DNA of 32,000 nucleotides from an uncultured archaeon (GTDB taxonomy: Archaea; Iainarchaeota; Iainarchaeia; Iainarchaeales; DATDZZ01), in the NCBI GenBank assembly GCA_964373795.1, contig CAYJVY010000003.1, positions 29,383-61,382 on the forward strand, read 5' to 3'. Positions 7,625 to 16,305 of this stretch are shown one piece after another. The position numbers were made by a program, and so were the translations under genes. Positions within the stretch are counted from its first letter, which is position 1, and every line of letters starts with the position of its first letter. Below the pieces are notes generated by a model. It was not told the DNA's origin. It saw only the letters and a program-made list of their open reading frames with translations, and made no database searches.

Positions 7625-7888
7625 GTGTTTTTTGTGGATTGTAGTTTTTGTGGAAAAGCAGTTTTAAGAGGAACTGGAAAAATTTTTGTAAAAAAAGATG
7701 GAACAATTTTTAATTTTTGTTCCATGAAATGTGAAAAAAATTTATTCAAATTAAATAGAAAGCCTAGTCAAACAAAGTGGACAAATTATTATCATAAAGC
7801 GAAAACTGTTAATTTGAAGGCAATGCAGAGAAGAGAAAACCTTTCAACTGAAGCAAGTAATCCAAAAGTAAAAGTCGAATCTGAATAA
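7625..7888 (+). CDS. rpl24e: 50S ribosomal protein L24e
   Basis: CSFCGKAVLRGTGKIFVKKDGTIFNFCSMKCEKNLFKLNRKPSQTKWT (zinc-ribbon L24e signature). GTG start at 7625, with an alternative GTG at 7634. Confidence 0.9.
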   Translation: MFFVDCSFCGKAVLRGTGKIFVKKDGTIFNFCSMKCEKNLFKLNRKPSQTKWTNYYHKAKTVNLKAMQRRENLSTEASNPKVKVESE

Positions 7889-7896
7889 GTGGTTTT

Positions 7897-8355
7897 ATGG
7901 AGAAAACTTTAATAATTCTTAAACCAGATGCAGTTACTAGAAATTTAATTGGAGAAGTAATTCATAGATTTGAAAGAAAAGGATTGAAAATTACTGCAAT
8001 GAAGATGCAGTACTTGGAAGACAAGCTTTTAGAAGAGCATTATGCGCATCACAAAGACAAGCCTTTTTTTAAAAACCTTAAAGCTTTCATGCAAAAAACT
8101 CCTTCAGTTTTAATGGTTTTAGAAGGAAAAGAAGCAGTAGAAGTTGTAAGAAAAATGTGCGGAGTAACTAAGGGAACAGAGGCTTTGCCTGGAACAATTC
8201 GCGGAGATTTTTCTGTAAGCGTTCAAGCAAACATTATTCATGCATCTGATTCAATTGCAACAGCTGAAACTGAAATTAAAAGGTTTTTTAAAGAAAAAGA
8301 ATTGCATTCATATCAAAAAATTGATTCAACAATTATTTACTCAGAAGATAATTAA
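7897..8355 (+). CDS. ndk: Nucleoside diphosphate kinase
   Basis: EKTLIILKPDAVTRNLIGEVIHRFERKGLKI, GTIRGDF, and NIIHASDS (catalytic His motif NxxHxSDS). Confidence 0.95.
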   Translation: MEKTLIILKPDAVTRNLIGEVIHRFERKGLKITAMKMQYLEDKLLEEHYAHHKDKPFFKNLKAFMQKTPSVLMVLEGKEAVEVVRKMCGVTKGTEALPGTIRGDFSVSVQANIIHASDSIATAETEIKRFFKEKELHSYQKIDSTIIYSEDN

Positions 8356-8402
8356 TTTGTTTTCTGTTTAATGAATTATTTTTTCGTTTTAAGGCGTTTT
8401 AA

Positions 8403-8840
8403 ATGAAATTAAGAATTAAAAAAGAAGTTGAAGAAGCCATCATTCCAATTTATGTTCATGAAGGCGATGCTGGAATGGATTTGTATTCAGTTGAAGAAAT
8501 GATTTTATTGCCTGGAGAAAGAAAACTTGTTTCAACTGGAATTAGAATTGAATTAGAGCAAGGATTTGAAGCTCAAGTAAGACCTAAAAGTGGTTTAGCA
8601 TTAAATCATGGAATAACTGTTTTAAATACTCCTGGAACAATTGATGCAGGTTATAGAGGAATAGTTAAAGTAATTTTATTTAATGCGGGAAACGAATCAT
8701 TTAAAATAGAGAAAGGAAAAAAAATTGCTCAACTAGTTGTAAAAAAAATCGAGGTTGCAGAAATAGAAGTAGTGAAAGAATTAAGTGAAACTGTTAGAGG
8801 AGATGGGGGATTTGGCTCTACTGGTTTGCATAGGAAGTGA
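8403..8840 (+). CDS. dut: dUTP diphosphatase (trimeric, bacterial-type dUTPase)
   Basis: All five dUTPase motifs are visible: [43 protein letters not shown]. Confidence 0.9.
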   Translation: MKLRIKKEVEEAIIPIYVHEGDAGMDLYSVEEMILLPGERKLVSTGIRIELEQGFEAQVRPKSGLALNHGITVLNTPGTIDAGYRGIVKVILFNAGNESFKIEKGKKIAQLVVKKIEVAEIEVVKELSETVRGDGGFGSTGLHRK

Positions 8841-10594
8841 GAAACATAATTAGAAAACCAATTATAACTGTATTAGGCCATGTAGATTCAGGAAAAACGA
8901 GAACACTTGACGCTATTAGAGGTACTTCTATAATAGACAAAGAAGCTGGAGGAATTACTCAACATATTGGAGCTACTGAAGTGCCAATTAATGTAATTAA
9001 AAAAATTTCAGGAGCCTTGCTTCAAAAATATGGATTTAATTTAAGTATTCCTGGATTGCTTTTCATTGATACTCCTGGACATGAAGCTTTCACTAATTTA
9101 AGGAAAAGAGGAAGCTCTATTGCTGATTTAGCTGTACTAGTTATAGATATTAATAAGGGTTGTCAAGAGCAAACATTTGAAGCAATTGAAATTTTGAAAT
9201 CATTTAAAGTGCCATTCATTATTGCTGCAAATAAAACTGATGCAATTTTTGAATGGAATTCAGTTGAAGGATCAATCACTGATTCATTGCAACAACAATC
9301 TAGTCAAGGCTTGGATAAACTTGATAGACTGGTTTACACTATTGTAGGACAATTACATGAAAGAGGTTTTCAATCTGAAAGATTTGATAGAGTGAACGAT
9401 TTCACTAAACAAATTCCAATAATTCCTTGTTCTGCTAAAACAAAGGAAGGATTTCCAGAGATTTTAATGTTTTTAGCTGGTTTAAGTCAAAAATATTTAG
9501 AGAAACAATTAAAGATTTCAGTTGAAGGTCCTGGAAAGGGAACGATTTTAGAGGTAAGAGAAGAAAAAGGTTTAGGGAAAACAGTTGATGTTATTTTATA
9601 TGATGGAACTTTAAAGGTTGGAGACAGAATTGCTTTAGGAGGAAAAGAAGGAGTAATAGAGTCAAAGGTTAGAGCTTTACTTGAACCAAAACCTTTAGAT
9701 GAAATTCGAGATCCTGAAAAAAAGTTTTCAAACGTTAAAGAAGTTTCAGCTGCAGCAGGAGTAAAAATTGTTGCAACAAATTTAAACGATGCATTAGCTG
9801 GATCGCCTTTAATTGTTGTTTCATCAGAAGAAGATATTGTAAAATTACAAGAAGAAATTAAAAGCATTAAAATTGATAGTGATGCAATTGGTCCTATACT
9901 GAAAACAGATACTCTTGGATCGCTTGAAGCAATTGCTTTAATGCTTGAAAAAGAAGGATTAAAGATTAGAAAAGCAGATGTAGGAGACTTAAATAGAAAA
10001 GATTTAATTGAAGCTGAAACAATTAAAGAAAAAGACAAGTTTAAAGGAGTAATATTTGTATTCAATGGAAAAGTTGATTCAGAGATTGAAAAAGAAGCTG
10101 AAAAAAAAGGATTAAAAATATTCAAATCAAATGTAGTTTATTCCTTAATTGATGGTTACAAGAAATGGATGGAAGAAGAAAAACAAAAAGAAAAAACGCA
10201 AAAACTTTCCTCAATTATTTATCCTGCAGAGTTTAAAATTTTGCCTGGAAATGTTTTTAGGAACTCTAAACCAGCAGTTGTAGGAGTGCATATTTTGCGA
10301 GGAAAACTTAAAACAGACATTAATGTAATGAATTCAGAGGGAAAAATTGTTGGAAAAATTCGAGCAATTCAATCAGAGGGAAAGGTAGTGAAAGAAGCCT
10401 TGCAAGGAGATGAAGTAGCAGTTTCAATTGATGATGCAGTTGTAGATAGAACAATTAAAGAAAAAGAAATTCTTTACACTTTTATTCCAAAAAATCAGTT
10501 CACTGAAATTGAAACTTTTTTGTCAGACTTTACAGAGGATGAAAAAGAATTATTAAATCAAATTAAATTAATTGAATTAAAAATTAAAGCATAA
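8837..10594 (+). CDS. infB: Translation initiation factor aIF5B (IF-2 homologue)
   Basis: GTPase motifs [24 protein letters not shown], and aIF5B-length domains II-IV. The GTG start overlaps the dut stop (GTGA). Confidence 0.93.
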   Translation: MRNIIRKPIITVLGHVDSGKTRTLDAIRGTSIIDKEAGGITQHIGATEVPINVIKKISGALLQKYGFNLSIPGLLFIDTPGHEAFTNLRKRGSSIADLAVLVIDINKGCQEQTFEAIEILKSFKVPFIIAANKTDAIFEWNSVEGSITDSLQQQSSQGLDKLDRLVYTIVGQLHERGFQSERFDRVNDFTKQIPIIPCSAKTKEGFPEILMFLAGLSQKYLEKQLKISVEGPGKGTILEVREEKGLGKTVDVILYDGTLKVGDRIALGGKEGVIESKVRALLEPKPLDEIRDPEKKFSNVKEVSAAAGVKIVATNLNDALAGSPLIVVSSEEDIVKLQEEIKSIKIDSDAIGPILKTDTLGSLEAIALMLEKEGLKIRKADVGDLNRKDLIEAETIKEKDKFKGVIFVFNGKVDSEIEKEAEKKGLKIFKSNVVYSLIDGYKKWMEEEKQKEKTQKLSSIIYPAEFKILPGNVFRNSKPAVVGVHILRGKLKTDINVMNSEGKIVGKIRAIQSEGKVVKEALQGDEVAVSIDDAVVDRTIKEKEILYTFIPKNQFTEIETFLSDFTEDEKELLNQIKLIELKIKA

Positions 10595-10609
10595 TTGGAG
10601 AGTGAAAAA

Positions 10610-11128
10610 ATGAATATAGTAATTTCAAGTCCTAAAACAGCTAAAGCATATTCCAAGAAAATGGAGAAACCAGTTTTTTTAAGTAAAAAAATTGGTTCAG
10701 AAGTTGATTTATCTATTTTAGGTTTAGAAGGATATACTGGGAAAATAGTTGGAGGATCAGATAAAGATGGATTTCCAATGAAGTCTTCCCTTGAAGGAAC
10801 TTTTAGAAGAAAGGTTTTCATTTCAAAAGGCGTTGGATTTAATCCTAAAGCAAAAATTGAATGGAAGAAAAAAGACAAGAAAAAATTAAGACAAAAATTC
10901 ATTAAAGGAATAAGGGTTAGAAAAAACGTTAGAGGAAACACTGTTGCAGAAGACATTCATCAATTAAATATTGTTGTAGTAAAAGAAGGATCAAAACCTT
11001 TAGATGAATTATTTCACCGAGCAGCCGGTGGGGCTGAGGCAAGAGCAGGTGGGGCTGAGGCAAGAGCAGGTGGGGCTGAGGCAAGAGCAGGTGGGGCTGA
11101 AGCGAAAGCAGAGGGAAAAAAGAAATAA
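10610..11128 (+). CDS. rps6e: 30S ribosomal protein S6e with a repeat-containing C-terminal extension
   Basis: MNIVISSPKTAKAY...GYTGKIVGGSDKDGFPMKSSLEG...RRKVFISKGVGFNPK...KKLRQKFIKG. The ATG at 10610 follows GGAGAGTG (the track start at 10595 is TTG). The tail is AGGAEAR x3 plus AGGAEAK. Confidence 0.9.
   Translation: MNIVISSPKTAKAYSKKMEKPVFLSKKIGSEVDLSILGLEGYTGKIVGGSDKDGFPMKSSLEGTFRRKVFISKGVGFNPKAKIEWKKKDKKKLRQKFIKGIRVRKNVRGNTVAEDIHQLNIVVVKEGSKPLDELFHRAAGGAEARAGGAEARAGGAEARAGGAEAKAEGKKK
11024..11107 (+). repeat. Four tandem copies of a 21-bp GC-rich unit (GCAGGTGGGGCTGAGGCAAGA) inside the 3' end of rps6e
   Basis: Copies lie at 11024-11044 (1 mismatch), 11045-11065, 11066-11086 (these two identical) and 11087-11107 (3 mismatches). 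They are in frame and encode the heptad AGGAEAR. Confidence 0.95.
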
Positions 11129-11156
11129 TTTTTAAATTAATTTTTGGAGTGAAAGA

Positions 11157-12365
11157 ATGAGTAAAACAGAGGCAATTCCAATTCAAGCTGAAATGAATAT
11201 TGGAATGGTTGGACATGTAGATCATGGCAAGACAACTCTTACAAAGCTTTTAACTGGAGTGTGGACTGATACTCATTCAGAGGAGTTAAAGAAAGGAATT
11301 TCAATTAGATTGGGTTATGCTGATGCAGTTTTTAGGAAATGCTTGAAATGCAGTGGAACAGAGGCTTTCACTACTTCTGAAAATTGTTCTGTTTGTGAGG
11401 GAAAAACAAAGGTGTTACGTAAAGTGAGTTTTGTTGATGCTCCTGGACATGAAACTTTAATGACTACAATGTTAAGTGGAGCTGCTTTAATGCAGGGAGC
11501 AATTTTGGTTATTGCTGCAAATGAAAAATGTCCTCAGCCTAGAACAGTTGAACATTTAATGGCTTTAGAGATTAGTGGAATTAAAAACTTAGTTGTAGTG
11601 CAAAACAAGGTTGACTTGGTTGAAAGAGAAAAAGCTTTAGAAAACTTTAATCAAATAAAGTCTTTTTTAGAATCACATGGATATAAAGATGTTCCAATAA
11701 TTCCTTTGGCTGCAAATTTTGGAACAAATGTTGATTTATTAATTGAAGTAATTGAAGAAAAAATTAAAACTCCAGTATTTGATTTAAATAAGCCTTTGAA
11801 AATGTTTGTTGCGCGCTCCTTTGATGTGAACAAGCCTGGAATTGATCCAAGTAAATTAAAAGGAGGAGTTGTAGGTGGAACAATTATTCAAGGGAAGATT
11901 AAATTAAATGACAAGATTGAATTAAGGCCTGGAATTAATGGGAAAAAAATTGAAACAGTTGTTCAAAGCCTTGGAACAATTAATGGAGCATTAAAAGAAG
12001 GCGTTCCAGGAGGATTAATTGCAATTGGTTCTTCTCTTGACATGGGTTTAACTAGAAACGATCAAATGCGTGGACAAATAGTTGGAGCAGTTAATTCTTT
12101 GCCAGAGCCAATAACTAAATTGAGTTTAGAATTACATGTACTTAAAAGACTTTTAACTGATTCTTCTGAAAAAATAAAATTTAATGAAAGCCTTGTATTA
12201 ACAATTGGAACTGCTACAACAATTGGAGTAGTAGTGAAAGAAAAATCAAATGTTCTTGAATTAGATTTAAAGACTCATGTAATTGCTGAAAAAAATCAAA
12301 GAGTGGCTATTAGTAAAAAAATTGGAAGCGCTTGGAGATTATATGCTTATGGAATAGTTAAATAA
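11157..12365 (+). CDS. eif2g: Translation initiation factor aIF2 gamma subunit
   Basis: NIGMVGHVDHGKTTLTKLLTG, zinc knuckle CLKCSG...CSVCEG, DAPGHE, QNKVD. Confidence 0.93.
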   Translation: MSKTEAIPIQAEMNIGMVGHVDHGKTTLTKLLTGVWTDTHSEELKKGISIRLGYADAVFRKCLKCSGTEAFTTSENCSVCEGKTKVLRKVSFVDAPGHETLMTTMLSGAALMQGAILVIAANEKCPQPRTVEHLMALEISGIKNLVVVQNKVDLVEREKALENFNQIKSFLESHGYKDVPIIPLAANFGTNVDLLIEVIEEKIKTPVFDLNKPLKMFVARSFDVNKPGIDPSKLKGGVVGGTIIQGKIKLNDKIELRPGINGKKIETVVQSLGTINGALKEGVPGGLIAIGSSLDMGLTRNDQMRGQIVGAVNSLPEPITKLSLELHVLKRLLTDSSEKIKFNESLVLTIGTATTIGVVVKEKSNVLELDLKTHVIAEKNQRVAISKKIGSAWRLYAYGIVK

Positions 12366-12377
12366 AAGTTGAATGAA

Positions 12378-12767
12378 ATGAGTAAAATGATTGCATTGGA
12401 TTCAAACATGTTATTAGCAATACCTCAATTCAAGGTTGATGTATTCAGTGAAATAAAAAGGCTTGATGGGAATGTGAATTTTGTTATTCCAATTCAAATA
12501 AAAAATGAATTGATTAATTTATCAAATAAAAGCATTAAAATGAAGAAAGCTTGTGAAATAATTTTTTCTTTAATGAAGCAAAATAATGTTACCGTGAAAA
12601 AAGTGAATGCATTGAATGCAGATAATGCTTTACTAGAGTTATCAAAAAAAGGAATTGCAGTTGCAACGAACGACAAAGAATTGAAGAGAAGAATAAAAAT
12701 TTTTGGAGGAGAAATATTTTTTTTAAGGAAAAAAAAATTTATTGAAAAAACTGGAGGAGTGAATTAA
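12378..12767 (+). CDS. PIN-domain protein (Fcf1/Utp24-like, the family conserved next to aIF2gamma and rpoE in archaea)
   Basis: MIALDSNMLL (first acidic PIN residue), VIPIQIKNELINLS, VATNDKELKRRI. The conserved gene order aIF2gamma-PIN-RpoE'-Spt4-S24e-S27ae supports the call. Start choice is uncertain: TTG 12369, ATG 12378 or ATG 12387. Confidence 0.75.
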   Translation: MSKMIALDSNMLLAIPQFKVDVFSEIKRLDGNVNFVIPIQIKNELINLSNKSIKMKKACEIIFSLMKQNNVTVKKVNALNADNALLELSKKGIAVATNDKELKRRIKIFGGEIFFLRKKKFIEKTGGVN

Positions 12768-13379
12768 ATGTATGCAATTTATACTGTTAGAGACACTGTG
12801 AGAGTTCCACCAAAGGCTTTAGGAGAAGACTTGAATAACAAGATTTTGGAGTTAGTTCAAGAAGATTATGAAGGGGTAGTGGATGAAGATTTAGGAGTTG
12901 TTTTAGCAGTAATTAATGCTAAAAAAATTGGAGAAGGAAAAATTATTCCAGGCGATTCAATGGTTTACTATAGCACTGAAATTGAAATGCTTTTATACAC
13001 TCCTGTTTTACATGAAGTAGTTGAAGGAGAAGTAACAGAGGTAACAGAGTTCGGAGTATTTATTAGAACAGGGCCAATTGAAGGTTTAGTGCATAGAAGT
13101 CAAATAATGGATGACTTTAATACTCATGATGCTAAAAGTTCTTCTTTTATTGGAAGAGAGTCAAAGAAAAAAATAACTTTAGGAGACACGGTTTTTGCTA
13201 GAACAGTTAATGTTAGTTTAAAGGGTTCAATTTCTAGTTCAAAAATTGGTTATACTATGAGACAATTAGGTTTAGGAAAAAAGGATTGGCTTAAATTAGA
13301 TGAAAAAAAGAAAGAAAAAGTAGTAGTAAAAGAAAGAACTAAAGAAAAATCTGTTAAAACAGATAAAAAAGAGAAATAG
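12768..13379 (+). CDS. rpoE: DNA-directed RNA polymerase subunit E' (Rpo7) with a Lys-rich C-terminal tail
   Basis: MYAIYTVRDTVRVPPKALGEDL at the N-terminus and the S1 domain VVEGEVTEVTEFGVFIRTGPIEGLVHRSQIMDD. The ATG abuts the PIN stop codon. Confidence 0.9.
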   Translation: MYAIYTVRDTVRVPPKALGEDLNNKILELVQEDYEGVVDEDLGVVLAVINAKKIGEGKIIPGDSMVYYSTEIEMLLYTPVLHEVVEGEVTEVTEFGVFIRTGPIEGLVHRSQIMDDFNTHDAKSSSFIGRESKKKITLGDTVFARTVNVSLKGSISSSKIGYTMRQLGLGKKDWLKLDEKKKEKVVVKERTKEKSVKTDKKEK

Positions 13380-13387
13380 GTGGTTAA

Positions 13388-13582
13388 ATGTTGAAAGAAA
13401 AAGCTTGCAGGAATTGTAGAAACGTAATAGAAGAAGGAAGTAAATGCCTTAAATGTGATGGAAACGCTTTTACGACTTTTTGGAAAGGATATGTAGTTGT
13501 AATTGATCAAGAAAAATCTCAAATAGCTGCAAAAATGGGAGTGAAATCTCCAGGAAAATATGCTTTACGTTTATCAAGATAA
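13388..13582 (+). CDS. spt4: Transcription elongation factor Spt4 (RpoE'')
   Basis: Zinc ribbon CRNCRNVIEEGSKCLKCDG followed by FWKGYVVVIDQEKSQIA. Length 64 aa, in the conserved position after rpoE'. Confidence 0.85.
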   Translation: MLKEKACRNCRNVIEEGSKCLKCDGNAFTTFWKGYVVVIDQEKSQIAAKMGVKSPGKYALRLSR

Positions 13583-13594
13583 GGAGTGAATTAA

Positions 13595-13948
13595 ATGAGA
13601 ATAGAAATAGTTGATAAAAAAGAAAATGTTTTACTGCACAGAGATGAATTGTTTTTTCAAGTAAACGAAGTTGAAAAAACTCCTTCAAGAGAAGAGGTTA
13701 GACAAAAATTAATTGCTTTAACTAATTCAACTCCAAATTTAGTTGTAGTTCAAAAAATTAATTCAGAATACGGATCACATAAATTTAGTGGGCAAGCAAA
13801 AATCTATAAAGAAGAAAAATACTTGAAAGAAATAGAGCTTCCATATATTAAGAAAAGAAATTTTAAAGAAGAAACAAAAAAAGAGTCAACTGGAGAGACA
13901 GTGCCTGTAATACCTCAAGTAGAGCCTGAAAAGAAAGTAAAAAAATAA
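13595..13948 (+). CDS. rps24e: 30S ribosomal protein S24e
   Basis: MRIEIVDKKENVLLHRDELFFQV...TPSREEVRQKLIAL...VVVQKINSEYGSHKFSGQAKIY. Confidence 0.9.
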   Translation: MRIEIVDKKENVLLHRDELFFQVNEVEKTPSREEVRQKLIALTNSTPNLVVVQKINSEYGSHKFSGQAKIYKEEKYLKEIELPYIKKRNFKEETKKESTGETVPVIPQVEPEKKVKK

Positions 13949-13969
13949 TTCTATTAAAGGAGAATTTTA

Positions 13970-14146
13970 ATGGCAAAAGAACAGAAAAAAAAGAAAAAGA
14001 AAAATAAATCATCTTTTTACTCAGTTGAAGGAGCTAGTTTGAAGAGAACTAGAAAGTTTTGCCCTAAATGTGGACAAGGAGTTTTCATGGCCGAACATAA
14101 AAACAGGTTGTCTTGCGGGAAATGCTCTTACACTGAAATGAAATAA
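13970..14146 (+). CDS. rps27ae: 30S ribosomal protein S27ae (58 aa; below the length cut-off of the ORF track)
   Basis: My translation is [58 protein letters not shown]. It has the zinc ribbon CPKCG...CGKC, AGGAG upstream, and the expected position after S24e. The 14021..14203 minus-strand ORF is its shadow. Confidence 0.85.
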   Translation: MAKEQKKKKKKNKSSFYSVEGASLKRTRKFCPKCGQGVFMAEHKNRLSCGKCSYTEMK

Positions 14147-14148
14147 AG

Positions 14149-14682
14149 GTGAGGAATTTTCTTTTAAATTTTTTAATTGATTTGTTTCTACTTTTATTTC
14201 CATTTGGCTATCTTAAATTAGTTGACAAAGAAAAAAACTTAATTAAAGAATTAGGATTAGTTTTCCAAGGATTAAAGAAAACATTTCTTAATGCATTAAT
14301 TTTATTTCTTGCATTGTTTTTTGTTTCCTTTATTCTTTCAACTGTTTTTACTTTTTTAAATTTAAATGACTTGGAAAAGGTTAGCGAAATAGCTTTAGAA
14401 TTAAAAAAATCTTATTTATTGTTAGCCTATCTTTTAATTTTTCGGATTTTTGCAGAAGAAATTTTTTTCAGAGGATTTTTAGTTAAAAAAACTGGAGTAA
14501 TAATTTCTTCAATTTTGTTTGCTTTAGCTCACATTGGATATGGATCAATAATTCAAGTCTTTGGAGCATTTATTTTAGGATTAATTCTGGCTTTAAACTT
14601 TAAATTAAATAAATCTTTAATTCCAAATATTTTAGCTCACATGGCTTACAATGCAGTAATAATTTTCATAATTTTAAAGTGA
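14149..14682 (+). CDS. CPBP-family intramembrane glutamic endopeptidase (CAAX protease/Abi family)
   Basis: Polytopic membrane protein with the motifs FAEEIFFRGFL (EExxxR), FALAHIGYG (FxxxH) and HMAYNA. GTG start 2 nt after the S27ae stop. Confidence 0.8.
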   Translation: MRNFLLNFLIDLFLLLFPFGYLKLVDKEKNLIKELGLVFQGLKKTFLNALILFLALFFVSFILSTVFTFLNLNDLEKVSEIALELKKSYLLLAYLLIFRIFAEEIFFRGFLVKKTGVIISSILFALAHIGYGSIIQVFGAFILGLILALNFKLNKSLIPNILAHMAYNAVIIFIILK

Positions 14683-14686
14683 TTTA

Positions 14687-15328
14687 ATGACTGAAATAAT
14701 TAAGTTAACTAAAGAAACTGAAAAACAAGTTTTATTAAAAGCAGTTGAAGTGCTTGAAAAAGGCGGAATAATTATTTATCCAACAGAGACTTGTTATGGC
14801 ATTGGATGTGCAATTAATTTTCCTGAAGCAATTAAAAAAATTTATGAAATAAAGCAAAGAAATGAATTGCCAATGCTTGTGATAGTTGATTCAATTAAAT
14901 CAATTAAGCCTTATGCAAACATTAATGAAAAAGCAAATTTTTTGATTTCAAGGTTTTGTAAAGGGAAAAACTCTAGGCCTTTGAGCCTGATTGTAAGTAA
15001 ATCAAACTTGGTTCCGAAGGAGTTGACTAAGAGTAATGAAATTGGTTTTAGAATTACTTTGAATAAATTTGCAAAACAATTGTGTAAAAAACTTGGCAAG
15101 CCATTGATTTCAACTTCAGCGAATTTTCATGGAGAAAAACCAATTTACAATGCATTTGAAGTAAAACAAAAATTTAATGACAAAGTTGATTTAATTATTG
15201 ATTCAGGTTATTTAATTAAATCAAATCCTCCGAGCACTGTTTTTAATGTTAATTCAAGTAAAGTTTTAAGAGAAGGATTAATTTCTGAAAAAGAAATTAT
15301 TCAAGCATTAAATGAGGGCAAAAAATGA
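14687..15328 (+). CDS. sua5: L-threonylcarbamoyladenylate synthase, short single-domain YrdC/TsaC type (t6A pathway)
   Basis: GGIIIYPTETCYGIGC, ISTSANFHG, PSTVF. At 213 aa there is no room for the C-terminal SUA5 domain. Confidence 0.88.
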   Translation: MTEIIKLTKETEKQVLLKAVEVLEKGGIIIYPTETCYGIGCAINFPEAIKKIYEIKQRNELPMLVIVDSIKSIKPYANINEKANFLISRFCKGKNSRPLSLIVSKSNLVPKELTKSNEIGFRITLNKFAKQLCKKLGKPLISTSANFHGEKPIYNAFEVKQKFNDKVDLIIDSGYLIKSNPPSTVFNVNSSKVLREGLISEKEIIQALNEGKK

Positions 15329-16305
15329 TTTCGCTTGGAATAGAGTCAACTGCTCATACTTTTGGAGTAGGAATAGTTGATGAAAACTGTAAAGTTTTGG
15401 CAAATGAAAAACATGCTTTAATGAAAGAGTCAACTGGATTAATTCCAAGAGAGTTAATGGATCATCATTTAGAGTTTGCTGAAAAAGTATTAATTCAGGC
15501 TTTGGATAAAGCAAAAATTTCTTTAAAAGAAGTTGACTTAATTAGTTTTTCTCAGGGCCCTGGAATAGGGCAAGCATTAAAGGTTGGAGCAACTACTGCT
15601 AGAACGCTTTCGCTTTTACATGATAAGCCTTTGATTGGAGTTAATCATTGCATTGCTCATGTTGAAATTGGAAAAAAATTAACTCTTGCAAGAAATCCTA
15701 TTAGTGTTTATGCTTCTGGAGCTAATACTCAAATAATTGGATTTGAAGCTGGGAGATATAGAGTTTATGGAGAGACACTTGATATTGGAATTGGAAATTT
15801 ATTGGATTCTTTTGGAAGAGAAATTGGAATAGGTTTTCCTGCTGGCCCTAAAATAAGTGAAATGTATTATCAAGGGAAAAACTTAATTGAATTGCCTTAT
15901 ACTGTTAAAGGAATGGATTTAGTTTTTTCAGGGTTGTTTACTGAAGCAGTGCGAATGATTGGAAAAGTGAATGAAATTGATTTAGCTTTTTCTTTAATGC
16001 ATACTGCTTTTGCAATGCTTGCAGAGGTAACTGAAAGAGCTTTAGCTCATACTGAAAAAAATGAATTACTTTTAGTTGGAGGTGTGGGAGCTTCAACTGT
16101 TTTACAGGAAATGCTTAAAGAAATGTGTGAGCAAAGAAATGCAAAACTTTTTTTTCCTGAACGACAGTTTTTAGTTGACAATGCTGCAATGATTGCATGG
16201 ACTGGATTAATTTCTTTTGCAAATGGAAATAAATTAAATTTATTTGAAAGTGAAATTCTTCCTTATCAAAGAGCTGATCAAGTTCAAGTTAATTGGGTGA
16301 AATAA
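15325..16305 (+). CDS. kae1: tRNA N6-adenosine threonylcarbamoyltransferase Kae1 (KEOPS catalytic subunit), not fused to Bud32
   Basis: ISLGIESTAHTFGVGIV, GVNHCIAHVE (metal-binding His pair), LVGGVGAS, DNAAMIAW. The ATG overlaps the sua5 stop (ATGA). Confidence 0.93.
   Translation: MISLGIESTAHTFGVGIVDENCKVLANEKHALMKESTGLIPRELMDHHLEFAEKVLIQALDKAKISLKEVDLISFSQGPGIGQALKVGATTARTLSLLHDKPLIGVNHCIAHVEIGKKLTLARNPISVYASGANTQIIGFEAGRYRVYGETLDIGIGNLLDSFGREIGIGFPAGPKISEMYYQGKNLIELPYTVKGMDLVFSGLFTEAVRMIGKVNEIDLAFSLMHTAFAMLAEVTERALAHTEKNELLLVGGVGASTVLQEMLKEMCEQRNAKLFFPERQFLVDNAAMIAWTGLISFANGNKLNLFESEILPYQRADQVQVNWVK

Noticed and set aside
9487-11225. Minus-strand ORFs 9487..10125, 10558..10956 and 10929..11225
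   Set aside because: They lie fully inside well-supported infB and rps6e on the opposite strand. They are S/F/L-rich shadow translations. The last is simply the reverse reading of the 21-bp repeat (PHLLLPQ x4).
11651-15514. Short antisense ORFs 11651..11833, 12494..12676, 13250..13522, 13470..13688, 14021..14203, 14911..15099 and 15308..15514
   Set aside because: Each is embedded in a confidently identified + strand gene (eif2g, PIN, rpoE', spt4/rps24e, rps27ae, sua5, kae1) and has no motif or SD. Such ORFs are typical of AT-rich DNA.
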